A stretch of 64,000 bases of DNA from an uncultured candidatus Brocadiaceae bacterium (GCA_964612995.1 CAZTGE010000002.1:337-64336), one strand, 5' to 3'. Positions 17,770-27,659 are shown, numbered from the stretch's first letter. Notes: a model not told the origin generated them from the sequence alone. Made by a program: numbers and translations.

Positions 17770-18420
17770 TCAGAAGCGCCAGCCGCCGGTGAGGAAGGCG
17801 CAGAAGTATTCCTGGTCCACATCGAGCCTGACCACCGTGCTCTGTTCGAACACGAAGCGTTGCAGGCCCTGGCGGTTGACGTAGCCGGCGCCGCCACCGA
17901 ATTCGACGCTGCCGATGTTGGCGAACACGCCGAGATTGAGGCCGTATTCGACCGTCAGTCCGGGTTCGTATTCCTCGAACTCGGGCACGCTGATGTCGAG
18001 GAAGCCGAAGCCGATGCCGACGAAAGGCGTGGCTTCGATGCGCAAGTACTCGGTCAGTTCGGTCACCAGGCCGAGGTGATAGCGGACGATGGGGGCGGTG
18101 TAGTCGACAGTGATGCCTTGATCGTCAGCGCTCTGGACCACCACCGCCAGGGCGGGACTGCCGCTGAGTCGGAAGCGACTGAGCGGTTGGACCGGATAGG
18201 AATGGACCCAGGCGACCTCGGCGGTGAAGCTGTCGCCCGGCTCGACATTGCGCACGATCTCGATGTCTTCGAGCGGCGTGTAGACGTTGAGCCGCAACCC
18301 GCTACGGCCGGGGAACTCGCGCGGTGCGTATTCGAGCGCCGCGGCCTGTCCGGTGGCCAGCAGTGCGGCCAGGGCGGTGATCGACCGGATTCGGCGACGG
18401 GGTCCGTCACGCAATGCCAT
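17770..18420 (-). CDS. Small outer-membrane beta-barrel protein, paralog 2.
   Basis: The signal peptide is ITALAALLATGQAAA. The C-terminus is TGGWRF. The GAGGAGG RBS lies upstream. Its C-terminal half is similar to 14633..15292. Confidence 0.55.
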   Translation of the reverse strand: MALRDGPRRRIRSITALAALLATGQAAALEYAPREFPGRSGLRLNVYTPLEDIEIVRNVEPGDSFTAEVAWVHSYPVQPLSRFRLSGSPALAVVVQSADDQGITVDYTAPIVRYHLGLVTELTEYLRIEATPFVGIGFGFLDISVPEFEEYEPGLTVEYGLNLGVFANIGSVEFGGGAGYVNRQGLQRFVFEQSTVVRLDVDQEYFCAFLTGGWRF

Positions 18421-18539
18421 GGAAACCTCCTCGGATGGACGCGAGCGCTGTCCTGCGCAACCCCTCCTCTAGTCGACCGCCAACGCCGCTGAAGCCGAAA
18501 CTGCGTGCGCGCCGTCAGGCAGTTCGCACACCTGGCCGG

Positions 18540-20768
18540 TCATTCGCCCGCTGGCACCGAGCGCCGCCGCAGTTTGAAGGCGAGATGATGGCGGAACGGC
18601 GGAGGCCGCAGGACCAGTTCGCCGCCGGGATGGTCGATCTCGTCGCGTTCCCGGATGCGCCCTGAATCGGCATCCCACCACTCGACCTGCATCGCCCCGG
18701 CCGCGATCTGCGTGCCGACCCTCACCGTCGCCTCGCGGTGGAGCGCGTCGGCCTTGCCCGCGTAGCCCCAGCGCCGGGCGAGGATGTACCCGAGCATGTC
18801 GCCCGGCGCGAACCAGGCGTTGATCCACAACTCACCGGCACTGCTCCGGCCCGTGAGCGGTAGTGAGCGTTTGGCCTGGCCGCGCAGGTCTTCGCCAGCG
18901 AGGAACCGGGCCACCGCCGCGTAGGGGCCGTAGCGCTCGTTCTGGTCGACCCATTCGAACCACCACAGCATCGGGGTGCCGCCATGGCCCGAGGTGATCG
19001 CGGCCCAGGGGCCCGAGCGGTGTTCGGCGATCAGCTGCGGCTCGGGGCAGGCCTTGGAGCTGCCGCCGTACTCGGTCACCAGCACCGGTTTGCCGAAGCG
19101 GGCGAGTCCGGCGCCGGAATGCTGTGTGCTGTCGCGCAGCAGTTGCGCGAGGAGTTTGCCGCGATCGCGGCGGCGGCCGTGGTAGGCATCGATGCACACG
19201 TAATCGATCTGCGGCAGCCGGACGATCGTGCGGTCGGGGCTGCGGAAGTCGCCGGCCCAGTGGGTGGTCACCGGGTGGTCGTAGACATCGAGCGCATGCC
19301 AGCGCTCGCTGGCATGCCGGTGCCATTCACGCAGATGGCTGCCACCGGCAGTGAGGTTGATCTCGCTCCACAGCTTCCACCCCAGGATCGCCGGATGGTC
19401 GGCGTAGCGGGCGATGAGGTAGCGGCGGTACTGTTCCTGCTTGGCCAGGGCGAAGGGGCGGTGGAACAGGGCCGTGGCCGAGCGGAACGGACCACCATTG
19501 CGCTTGTTGTACGGGCTGTTCTGCCATTCGCGATCGACCCGTTCGCTGCCCATGCCGTGGTTGTGGATGACCAGGTTGACGCGCACGCCGTGGGCGTAGG
19601 CCTGATCGAGGATGCGATCGAGCCGTTGGGCGTTGGGTTGGTGATAGCGGCCGATGCCGTGGAAGTGCGGCCAGTCGTCGCGCCACTCCAGGGCCAGATT
19701 CCAGGAGCACATCCAGATCTCGGTCGCGTTGCCGCCGGCGGCGGCGAGGCGCGCGAGGTAGGCGGCGTAGGAATGGCTGCGCAGGTCCGGCGTCTCCCGC
19801 TTGATCGGTGTGCATCGGGCGCCGCGCGGATCGTTGACCGAGCGGATGTTCAGCCCGATCGGGTAATAGAAGCGTTCGCCGCCGGGACCGACGCCGAAGA
19901 ACCGCGGGTCGCGCGCATCCACGCGCACGTAGTCGTCCCAGGGGGCACCGGTCACCTGCAGGGGTGGCAGCGCGAGCGTCACGCGGCGTTCGTCGGCCAG
20001 CCCCTGGTTCCAGATTCCCACCAGTTCGATGGTATGGCGGCCCGGTAGCCGCGCTCGGTAGCGCACGGCGAAGCGGCCCTGGCCGCGGGGGATCGCCGCC
20101 TCGTGGTCGCCGGCGGGCTGCAGGTCCATCTCCTGGAGGAAGAAGCCGTCGATGGTGTGGACGCTGCCTCCCGGTGTGCGGATGTTCGCCAGGAGGCGGA
20201 AGCGCTCGTGGTCGTAGGGGTTGCTCGGGAATGGCGCGGGCACGCATTCCAGCTGCCAGCGGCGCCCGGTCTCGATCGCTCCGGTGGGCAGGTCCAGATC
20301 GAGCAGTCGCGGCCGGGTCGTTGCCTCGTTGGCCGCGGCGCGCGGGCGCGCGGTGAACGCGATCCGGGCGCGGGTCTCTTCGGCCGTGGCGAAGATCAGG
20401 CCGAGGCGTTGACTCAGGGCATAGCGGTAGGGGGTCCAGGCCGCGCTGTGCCCGGCGCTCGACATCCGGCTGCTCGCACCTGCCGCGACCTCCAGCACCA
20501 CCTGGTGACGGCCCGGGCCGAAGGTCTCGGGATGCATGGACTGGAACCAGTGGCCCTCCTGGTCGGTCACCCAGGCGCCGACCCGCAGGTCGCGCGGAGC
20601 GTCGTCTGGCACGCTCAAGGTGAGGTCGATCACCGCCAGGGCATCGGGCAGTTCCCAGCTGGCGATGGTCACCGGGGTGCTCAGTGGCCCACGCAGGCTG
20701 ACCGTGCGCTCGCCGCCGGTGGCGACGCTGCCGATGATCGCCAGCAGGACCAGACTCGCGGCGCGCAT
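18540..20768 (-). CDS. Secreted clan GH-A (GH5-like/DUF4038-type) glycoside hydrolase-like protein with an N-terminal beta-sandwich domain. It is paralog 1.
   Basis: The 1287-aa ORF was trimmed to the ATG at M546 (MRAASLVLLAIIGSVATG, a signal peptide), giving 742 aa. TIM-barrel motifs are NHG, WSEINL (acid/base) and VLVTEYGG (nucleophile). It is homologous to 32859..35210. Confidence 0.6.
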   Translation of the reverse strand: MRAASLVLLAIIGSVATGGERTVSLRGPLSTPVTIASWELPDALAVIDLTLSVPDDAPRDLRVGAWVTDQEGHWFQSMHPETFGPGRHQVVLEVAAGASSRMSSAGHSAAWTPYRYALSQRLGLIFATAEETRARIAFTARPRAAANEATTRPRLLDLDLPTGAIETGRRWQLECVPAPFPSNPYDHERFRLLANIRTPGGSVHTIDGFFLQEMDLQPAGDHEAAIPRGQGRFAVRYRARLPGRHTIELVGIWNQGLADERRVTLALPPLQVTGAPWDDYVRVDARDPRFFGVGPGGERFYYPIGLNIRSVNDPRGARCTPIKRETPDLRSHSYAAYLARLAAAGGNATEIWMCSWNLALEWRDDWPHFHGIGRYHQPNAQRLDRILDQAYAHGVRVNLVIHNHGMGSERVDREWQNSPYNKRNGGPFRSATALFHRPFALAKQEQYRRYLIARYADHPAILGWKLWSEINLTAGGSHLREWHRHASERWHALDVYDHPVTTHWAGDFRSPDRTIVRLPQIDYVCIDAYHGRRRDRGKLLAQLLRDSTQHSGAGLARFGKPVLVTEYGGSSKACPEPQLIAEHRSGPWAAITSGHGGTPMLWWFEWVDQNERYGPYAAVARFLAGEDLRGQAKRSLPLTGRSSAGELWINAWFAPGDMLGYILARRWGYAGKADALHREATVRVGTQIAAGAMQVEWWDADSGRIRERDEIDHPGGELVLRPPPFRHHLAFKLRRRSVPAGE

Positions 20769-20875
20769 GGTAGGGAGTGTCGGCGCCCAGGTCGGGGGGG
20801 CAACGTGCTGCCGGGGCATGCCCGGTTGTACGCCTGCGCCTGCGATCCGCTGAGGCTCGCACCAGCCGCAGGGCG

Positions 20876-20992
20876 ACTCAGAGCTCGCAAATGAGGGCCC
20901 CTGCCTCGCCTCCATCTGCGTCACTATGGCCCAGGCACCAAAGAGAGCGGGGCGGTTGGACGCAGGTGGAGGCGACGCAAGGCATGGAAACA
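20876..20992 (+). repeat. Copy B of the conserved intergenic element of about 115 nt. It carries a 16-bp stem with one G-U pair.
   Basis: It aligns with 2216..2330 at about 90% identity. The stem pairs cgcctccatctgcgtc with gacgcaggtggaggcg. Confidence 0.5.
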
Positions 20993-20993
20993 G

Positions 20994-21041
20994 GGGGTCA
21001 CAACATGGGACCATCACTCGATGGTCCCATGTTGTGACCCC
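20994..21041. other. Perfect 19-bp hairpin with a 10-nt loop, located between copy B and the kinase start.
   Basis: The arm ggggtcacaacatgggacc, loop atcactcgat and arm ggtcccatgttgtgacccc were read directly. Confidence 0.65.
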
Positions 21042-21122
21042 GTCATCCCTGGCTTTGAGCAGCCCTGGGCACCAGCCGTTCCCGTCGCTTGTCTGGCTGC
21101 GTGTGCGGGTCAGGATCGGACC

Positions 21123-22973
21123 ATGACCGCGGTATCTGCAGGCGGGGTGACGATCGATGCGCTCTGCGCCCTGGCGCGTCAGCAGGGGTTGCGCGATGCC
21201 GCGGCCCTGGAGCGGCTGGCCGAGGTCGCTCGTCGCGCCGGGGTCGATTCGCCGGCCACCATGCGCGCGTTCATCCTCGGCTCGGACATGCTCGGCGACG
21301 CCTTGCGTCGCGCGCTGACCCAGGCCCTGCCGCCGCGTGACGATCTGCGCTATGGCGCGATCACCATCGCCGGCCACCTCGCGGTCGGTGGCATGGGCGA
21401 TGTCTGGCTCGGGACGACGCCCGACGGCGCGCTGTGTGTGGTCAAGACCATCCGGCCGGACGTGGCGAATCCCGACTTCATCCGCCGCTTCGATCGCGAG
21501 GTGCGGCTCACCGCCCGTATCCGCAGCCCGCACGTGGTCCGTTGCATCGATTTCGGCATCGCTGGCGAGCGGTCCTATCTCGCGCTCGAGCACGTCGCCG
21601 GCGGTGATCTGCACCACCTGATCCGGCAGCACGGCCGGTTGAACGAGACCGAGGCGGTCTCGCTCGCGATCCAGATCGCCCGGGGGCTGCACGCGGCGCA
21701 CGCCTGCGATCTGGTCCATCGCGATCTCAAGCCGAAGAACGTGTTCATCACCGCCGCGGGCGTGGCCAAGCTCGGCGACTTCGGTCTCGCGCGCAGCACC
21801 TCGCAGCAGCGCACCATGTTGACGATGACCGGGACCACCGTCGGCACGCCGGCCTACATGTCGCCCGAACAGGTGCGCGGTCACGACGATCTCGATATCC
21901 GCACCGACATCTACGCGCTCGGGGTGGTGCTCTACGAATGCCTGATCGGCCGGCCGCCCTTCGCCGGTGGGCAGGCCGTGGTGTTGCGTGCGCATCTGTC
22001 GCAAGCGGTGGGCGATGTGCGCAGTCTGCGCCCCGAGCTGAGCGAGCGCGTGGCCCGCACGATTATCAAGTGCATGGCCAAGGAGCCCGGCCGCCGCTTC
22101 TCGAGTCCATCGCGGCTGGTCCACAGCCTCGAGCAGACCCTGCGCAGCTGTGCGCACGACGACGCCACGCTCGCGCCGGGAGTGGCCGCCGCGGCCGTGC
22201 CCGACGCCACGCTCTCCGGGGGCGAGGTGGTGGCCCGCGGCGCATCTCCGCCGCCGGTGGCGCCGGTCTTGCGACAGGGCTCGCCAGCCGGGATCGATCC
22301 GATGGCCCGCACCGCCACTGTGGCCGCGCCCGCTGCCGCCGGATACAGCGGCGATTGGCTGGTGCTCTGCGGCAGCGGGGCACTGGCCGGGCAGCTGATC
22401 CACTGCTTCGCGCGCTCGCGCCTGCTATTCGGCAAGAAGCGCAGCGAACCGGTCGACGTCTGCCTGCGGGTCTACCCGATCGCCGAGCACGATGCCGCCT
22501 GCCGTCGCATCAGTCGACAGCACTTCGAGCTCGCGTGGGATCCTGCGAACGGGGAGCTGCGTTGCAGCGATTGCGGCAGCGCCAACGGCACCACGCTCGA
22601 TGGTCAGGTCCTGCGCCGGTCCAGCTGTGTGCTGCAACCCGGCGGCCATCGCCTGAGCGTGCCGAGCTCGATCGCGCTCACCCTCGCGTGCCGACAGCCA
22701 GAGCACGTGATGCTCACCCGCGAAGGCAACCGCCCCTCGCTGGCCTACGTCATGGTCCTGCATCGGTTCACCATCGGCGGTCCGCTCGCCGATCTGGCCC
22801 TGCCGGCGGGCGGTGCGGGGCTGCCGATGCTCGAACTCGAACAGGTCGATGGCCGCTGGCGGTGGCGCCTCGATCGCTCCCAGCCCTGGGCACCGCTCGC
22901 GCTCGGCCAGGATTGGGAGTCCGCCGGGCTGCCCCTGCAGGCGGTCGCGGGGAGCCATGACCACTTTGTCTGA
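21123..22973 (+). CDS. Hanks-type Ser/Thr protein kinase with a C-terminal FHA domain.
   Basis: Kinase motifs are GGMGDVWLG, VVKTI, HRDLKPKNVF, DFGLAR and YMSPEQ. The C-terminal FHA-like segment is RRISRQHFELAWDPANGELRCSDCGSANGTTLDGQVL. The start is placed at the ATG at M35, downstream of the hairpin. Confidence 0.75.
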   Translation: MTAVSAGGVTIDALCALARQQGLRDAAALERLAEVARRAGVDSPATMRAFILGSDMLGDALRRALTQALPPRDDLRYGAITIAGHLAVGGMGDVWLGTTPDGALCVVKTIRPDVANPDFIRRFDREVRLTARIRSPHVVRCIDFGIAGERSYLALEHVAGGDLHHLIRQHGRLNETEAVSLAIQIARGLHAAHACDLVHRDLKPKNVFITAAGVAKLGDFGLARSTSQQRTMLTMTGTTVGTPAYMSPEQVRGHDDLDIRTDIYALGVVLYECLIGRPPFAGGQAVVLRAHLSQAVGDVRSLRPELSERVARTIIKCMAKEPGRRFSSPSRLVHSLEQTLRSCAHDDATLAPGVAAAAVPDATLSGGEVVARGASPPPVAPVLRQGSPAGIDPMARTATVAAPAAAGYSGDWLVLCGSGALAGQLIHCFARSRLLFGKKRSEPVDVCLRVYPIAEHDAACRRISRQHFELAWDPANGELRCSDCGSANGTTLDGQVLRRSSCVLQPGGHRLSVPSSIALTLACRQPEHVMLTREGNRPSLAYVMVLHRFTIGGPLADLALPAGGAGLPMLELEQVDGRWRWRLDRSQPWAPLALGQDWESAGLPLQAVAGSHDHFV

Positions 22974-24633
22974 TCGGCAGCGGCCGGGTCGGTCCTGCCG
23001 GTTGCTCCTTGCTTGCATGGTGGGCCTGACCGGGGCCGCTCTCGATGCGGCCGATCCCCCACCACGCGCGTTCGAGCTGCGCGACGCGGTGCTGCGTCTG
23101 CGCCTGTCGCAGCTGGTGCGGACCCGCGAGCGCTACGTGCGCAGCCCTCTGCGCGCACTCGCGCGACAGCTCGAGCTCGGACCGGCCGTGTGGCAAGGCC
23201 AGCTCGCGGCCATTGAGCTGAGCCCGGAGGAGGACCTGGCCGATCTGCTCACAGTCGTGCGCGCTGCCGGCGCCTCGTTGGCCTGGCCACCGCCGACGGC
23301 CGATGCGCCGGCCCCGCGCCCGGAGCAGGTGGTGTTCAACTGCGTGTTCGAGGCCGAACCGCTGCGGTGGCTCGCCCCGCGTCTGCGCCGCTTCGTGCCG
23401 CAACCGGCAGAGCGGCTTCCACCGGAGGGGGTCGATTGGCTCTGTGAGGGCGACGGCATCCAGCTCGCCCGGTGTGGCTCGCTGCTCAATCTCAGCTTGT
23501 GCCGGCGCTATGGCGATCCGTTCGCGCAGCGGGGCGTGATCCCCCGGCCGTTGGCTGACCCACCCTCGTTGTTCGATGCGCAGGCCGACGCCGAGGTGCT
23601 GGTCGCACTCGATCGGGTCTACCGCTGGGCCGCGCCGACGCTGCGCGCCGCGGTGCACACCGAACTCCATCCGCTGCTTCCCACCGACGAACAGCTGCGC
23701 GGTGCGCAGGCCGAAGTGAGCTGGCGGCTCGGCCCGGCGGGGTTGACCGAGCGGCTGCGTCTGGTGCATCCGCGCCTGGGTCCGCTCGCCGCCGGGCAAG
23801 AGGTCGATCGCACGCTGTTGGCCGGCCTGCCCGGCGACACGCTCTGGGCTCTGGCGCTGCGTCTGGGCCCGGAAGAGGCGGCATCCTGGGGCGAGGCGCT
23901 GATCGGGCGTCTGCCGCTCTCACGGCGTTTGTTGATCGATGGCGCCTTGCTGGTCGAGGGGCTGCCGCGGCTCAAGACCCTCTGCGCGCTGCCGTGCGGG
24001 CATGTCCTGTTCTACGCGCGCGAGGTCGGTGGGATCCCGGCGTTGACGCTGGCGCTGGAGGCCGATGGCGCGGTGGCGCGGGACCTGCTCGCAGGGCTGG
24101 CCGATCGGCTGGAGTGGATGGTCGACGGAACCGGCGATTGCCACGGCATGATCGGCATCCTGCCTGTGCACCTGGGGGTGCGCGAAGGTTGGTTGATCGC
24201 CACCACAGATGGTCGTGGAGTCGCGGCGCATGAGGCACGCGCGGGCGGCTTCCTGGACCATGCGGGTGTCAGCGCGGCGCTCGCGGCGCTGCCCGAAGGC
24301 CCGCTGCGGTTGATCGGGCTCAGCCGCAGCCCGGCGGTGTGGCAACGACTCGCCCGGATGGCGCGGGTCGCGGTGGCGCTCGATCCGGCGGTGGAGGCCT
24401 GCGCCCGTCCATTGCAGCTCGACACCCTGCCGGCCGCGCTGGAGGCGCTGGCGCCGAGCGCGGGCAGCTGCCATCTCATGCAGCACTCCGGCGCCTGGGA
24501 GGTGCACGCCAGCGGCCTGTGCGGTGGTCCGCTGAGCCAGGCCCTGCTCGGTGTCGGCCTGGTGGGGTGGTGGCGTTGGCGCCAGGCGACGCCCCAACGC
24601 GAACGGCCGGACCCAGCGGGCCCGGCCGAATGA
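22957..24633 (+). CDS. Hypothetical secreted Leu/Ala-rich protein (558 aa) translationally coupled to the kinase-FHA gene.
   Basis: The ATG at 22957 overlaps the kinase stop by 17 nt. The N-terminal hydrophobic segment is CRLLLACMVGLTGAALDAA. No motifs were recognised. Confidence 0.4.
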   Translation: MTTLSDRQRPGRSCRLLLACMVGLTGAALDAADPPPRAFELRDAVLRLRLSQLVRTRERYVRSPLRALARQLELGPAVWQGQLAAIELSPEEDLADLLTVVRAAGASLAWPPPTADAPAPRPEQVVFNCVFEAEPLRWLAPRLRRFVPQPAERLPPEGVDWLCEGDGIQLARCGSLLNLSLCRRYGDPFAQRGVIPRPLADPPSLFDAQADAEVLVALDRVYRWAAPTLRAAVHTELHPLLPTDEQLRGAQAEVSWRLGPAGLTERLRLVHPRLGPLAAGQEVDRTLLAGLPGDTLWALALRLGPEEAASWGEALIGRLPLSRRLLIDGALLVEGLPRLKTLCALPCGHVLFYAREVGGIPALTLALEADGAVARDLLAGLADRLEWMVDGTGDCHGMIGILPVHLGVREGWLIATTDGRGVAAHEARAGGFLDHAGVSAALAALPEGPLRLIGLSRSPAVWQRLARMARVAVALDPAVEACARPLQLDTLPAALEALAPSAGSCHLMQHSGAWEVHASGLCGGPLSQALLGVGLVGWWRWRQATPQRERPDPAGPAE

Positions 24634-24654
24634 CTGCACAGTTGTGGCGTCAGC

Positions 24655-24900
24655 TCAGTTGGCGTCGGCGACCACGTCGACGGTCCGCCCGCGGAAGGCG
24701 ATGCTGCCGTCGATCCGGGCGAACAGGGTGTAGTCCTTGCCGAGGCCGACGCCGGAGCCGGGCTTCCAGCGGGTACCGCACTGGCGGATGATGATGTTGC
24801 CTGCGCGCACGCGCTCGCCGCCGTACTTCTTGATGCCCCGGCGCTTGGAAATGCTGTCGCGGCCGTTGTTGGTCGAACCCTGACCGGTCTTGTGTGCCAT
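24655..24900 (-). CDS. rpmA: 50S ribosomal protein L27.
   Basis: The sequence is [72 protein letters not shown]. The 201-aa ORF was trimmed to M121. Confidence 0.9.
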   Translation of the reverse strand: MAHKTGQGSTNNGRDSISKRRGIKKYGGERVRAGNIIIRQCGTRWKPGSGVGLGKDYTLFARIDGSIAFRGRTVDVVADAN

Positions 24901-25019
24901 GTCGCCCTGCCTTTCCTGCGAATGGGGAGCGGAGGATACGCGACAGCCCCTGCGATCAAGCGCTTTGTCCGCGCGGCGCACGGTGCCGCCGTGGAAGCGG
25001 AGCGGGCTCGCGGTCGGGC

Positions 25020-27659
25020 TCAGGAGACGGGATTGGTGTAGATCTCGTCGTCCTCGTCCCAGGTCAGCCCGCCGTTGGTCAGTTCGTCGAGCCAGTCCTC
25101 CCAGCCCTTGAGGAACTCGCGCGCTTTGGTGCCCTTGGCCGGCCCGAGAATGCCGAGGTCCTCCATCAGTTCGACGTACTGTGTCGCCTTGTTGTAGCCC
25201 ACCCCGAGCTTGCGGCGGAGGAAGTCGGCGCCGGTCTTGTTGTAGCGGAACATCGACCACACCGCCTCGTGGAACTGGCGGTCGGTGAGCCAGGCGCTGG
25301 CTTTCTCGTCACCCGAGCCGCCACCGCCGGCCATGCTCACAGCGTGGATCTTGCAGATCGACTCGTCGTATTCGGGTTCGCCCTGGCTGCGCGCATGGTC
25401 GACGATGGCGTCGATCTCGTGATCCTTGACCCAGACGCCCTGTCCGCGGATGAGGTTGGAGGAGCCAGGCGGCAGGAACAGCATGTCGCCACGGCCGAGC
25501 AGGTTCTCTGCCCCGCCGGAGTCGAGCACCACCCGCGAGTTGGACTTGTCTGCGACGCGGAAGCAGATCCGACAGGGGAGGTTCGATTTGATCAGCCCGG
25601 TGACCACGTCGGCCGAGGGCCGTTGGGTGGTCAGGATCACATGGATGCCGCAGGCGCGCGCCTTGGCCGTGAGGCGGACCAGGCTCTTCTCGACCTCCTT
25701 GTTGACCATCATCAGGTCGGCGTACTCGTCGACCACGATGATGGTGTAATGCATACGTACCGGCAGACCGGGCAGCTCCTCGAGGTTCTTGCCCTTGGCG
25801 GCGAGGCGTTCGGCGATCTTGCGTTCGCCGAGGCGGTTGTAGGTGCCGATGTCGCGCGCGCCGACCAGCCGTAGCGCGTAGAAGCGCTCGTCCATCTCGC
25901 GGCAGGCCCATTCGAGCGCGGCGTGGGCCTTGGTCATGTCGGTGATCGGCGGCGTGAGCAGGTGGGGGATGCCTTCGTAGCCGGCCAGCTCGACCTGCTT
26001 GGGGTCGACCATGATGAATTTGATCTCGTCGGGGTCGCGGAACAGCAGCAGCGAGCAGATGATCGCGTTGAGGCATACCGACTTGCCCATGCCGGTAGCG
26101 CCAGCGATCAACAAATGCGGCATCTTGTTCAGGTCGCCGACCAAGGCGGTGCCGAGGACATCGCGGCCGATCACCAAGGGCAGGGTGAGCTTGTGCGGGT
26201 CGAGCTCGTCGACCAGATCCCGCATCACCACCGCCTCTTTGTGCTGGTTGGGCACCTCGACCCCGACCGTACGCTTGTTGGGTAGCGGGGCGACGATGCG
26301 GATGCCTTCGCAACCGAGCTTGAGCGCGAGGTCCTTCTCGAAGCCCTCGAGCCGGTTGACCCGCAGGCCTGATTCGAGCAGCTCGAGCTCGTACTGGGTG
26401 ATCACCGGTCCGCGGGTGTGCCCGGCCACACGCACGCTGATGCGGTGTTCCTTGAACATCTCCTCGATCGCCTCGCCGGTCTCCTGGACCTCGGCCTGGT
26501 GCAGGCTCTGGTCGACCTCCGGGGCGTCCTCGAGCAGGCCGATGTCGGGTAGCGAGTAGTCCTCGCCGTTGCTGCGCAGCCGCGGTGCTGGCTTGGGGCG
26601 CGGCGGTCTGGGCGCCGGTTCCGGCGCCGGGGTCGGGCTCGCGGGCGCGGGGGTCGGCTCACGCGGCTCGGGTATCGGCGTAGGGGCGGGCTCGGCGGAG
26701 CCCGCATCCGTATTGCGCTGCGGCGCCACGTCCGTATCGGTCGGCTTGTTCGTTTCGTCCTGGGCGCCGTCGAGCTCGCGCCGACGTTGGCGGATGCGTT
26801 CGACCAGGTCCCGCGCATCGAGCGAGGTGGTTTCGCGGTCGGCGATGCGGCGCTGGACCTCATTGATATCGGTCCGGGCGCGCTCGTCATCGCGGTCGTC
26901 GGACTCGTCGCGATCGCTCTGGGGGTCGCGGACAGCGGCGGGGTTGGGCACCGCGGTCACCGGCGGTGGCCCGGGTTCGCGCAGGCCGCTGGGGTCGCGA
27001 GGGCGCACGACCTTGCGTCGTTGCTCGCAGCGGGCGTGGCGATGACGCCGCAGCGCTCGCCAGGCGCGGCGGGTGTAACGGACCAGATGCAGTTGCAGCA
27101 GGACGACGCACAGCGTCAGTAGCGCGAGCAGGAACAGCAGGGCCCCGTTGGTGTCGAGGAAGCGGGTCAGCAAGCCACCGGGATCGTTGGGGTGGGCCGC
27201 ACCAGGGGTCCGGGTAAGGAGGTTGCCCAGCGCACCCCCGAGTCCGCCGCCGTAACGGGCCAGATCCTGGTTCCAGCGCGCGAGCAACCAGGTGCTGACC
27301 GGATTCGGCGGCAGCAGATGCAGCAGACCGCAGATGACCGGTAGCAGCAGCAACGCGGCAGTCAGTCGCGTGCCGAGGTTCTCGAGCATCTTGCCACGCA
27401 GCAGGGCGATGCCGTAGCCGAATGCGATCAGCGGCAGCAGGAAGGCACCGAGCCCCCACATGGCCACCAGCAGATGGGCCGTATGGCCGCCAGGACTGCG
27501 ACAGAGATTCTGCGTCGGATTGGTGGTGCCGCCGACCTGATGATGGTCGAAACTCAGCAGGGCCAGGGCCAGGAAGGCAGCGAAGAGCAACAGCAGCAGG
27601 GCGAGTAGGACCCGCGCGACCCGATGGGGAACCGGCAGGGCGACCGTGGCCTCGTTCAT
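25020..27659 (-). CDS. ftsK: DNA translocase FtsK.
   Basis: N-terminal TM helices are followed by a Pro/Ala-rich linker. The C-terminal motor carries a Walker A (AGATGMGKS) and DEYADLMM. The ORF start at 27716 is a GTG. The preferred start is the ATG encoding MNEATVAL. Confidence 0.85.
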   Translation of the reverse strand: MNEATVALPVPHRVARVLLALLLLLFAAFLALALLSFDHHQVGGTTNPTQNLCRSPGGHTAHLLVAMWGLGAFLLPLIAFGYGIALLRGKMLENLGTRLTAALLLLPVICGLLHLLPPNPVSTWLLARWNQDLARYGGGLGGALGNLLTRTPGAAHPNDPGGLLTRFLDTNGALLFLLALLTLCVVLLQLHLVRYTRRAWRALRRHRHARCEQRRKVVRPRDPSGLREPGPPPVTAVPNPAAVRDPQSDRDESDDRDDERARTDINEVQRRIADRETTSLDARDLVERIRQRRRELDGAQDETNKPTDTDVAPQRNTDAGSAEPAPTPIPEPREPTPAPASPTPAPEPAPRPPRPKPAPRLRSNGEDYSLPDIGLLEDAPEVDQSLHQAEVQETGEAIEEMFKEHRISVRVAGHTRGPVITQYELELLESGLRVNRLEGFEKDLALKLGCEGIRIVAPLPNKRTVGVEVPNQHKEAVVMRDLVDELDPHKLTLPLVIGRDVLGTALVGDLNKMPHLLIAGATGMGKSVCLNAIICSLLLFRDPDEIKFIMVDPKQVELAGYEGIPHLLTPPITDMTKAHAALEWACREMDERFYALRLVGARDIGTYNRLGERKIAERLAAKGKNLEELPGLPVRMHYTIIVVDEYADLMMVNKEVEKSLVRLTAKARACGIHVILTTQRPSADVVTGLIKSNLPCRICFRVADKSNSRVVLDSGGAENLLGRGDMLFLPPGSSNLIRGQGVWVKDHEIDAIVDHARSQGEPEYDESICKIHAVSMAGGGGSGDEKASAWLTDRQFHEAVWSMFRYNKTGADFLRRKLGVGYNKATQYVELMEDLGILGPAKGTKAREFLKGWEDWLDELTNGGLTWDEDDEIYTNPVS

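Noticed and set aside
18540-22403. A 1287-aa minus-strand ORF.
   Set aside because: Only the C-terminal 742 codons look real, starting from the ATG at 20768 with a signal peptide. The N-terminal 545 codons run antisense through the intergenic repeat and the kinase-FHA gene. They have Arg/Pro/Ala-rich GC-artefact composition, and the homologous gene 32859..35210 starts at the equivalent point.
24012-24959. Minus-strand ORFs 24012..24959 and 23920..24639.
   Set aside because: They are antisense to the plus-strand secreted-protein gene and to rpmA, and show no coherent motifs.
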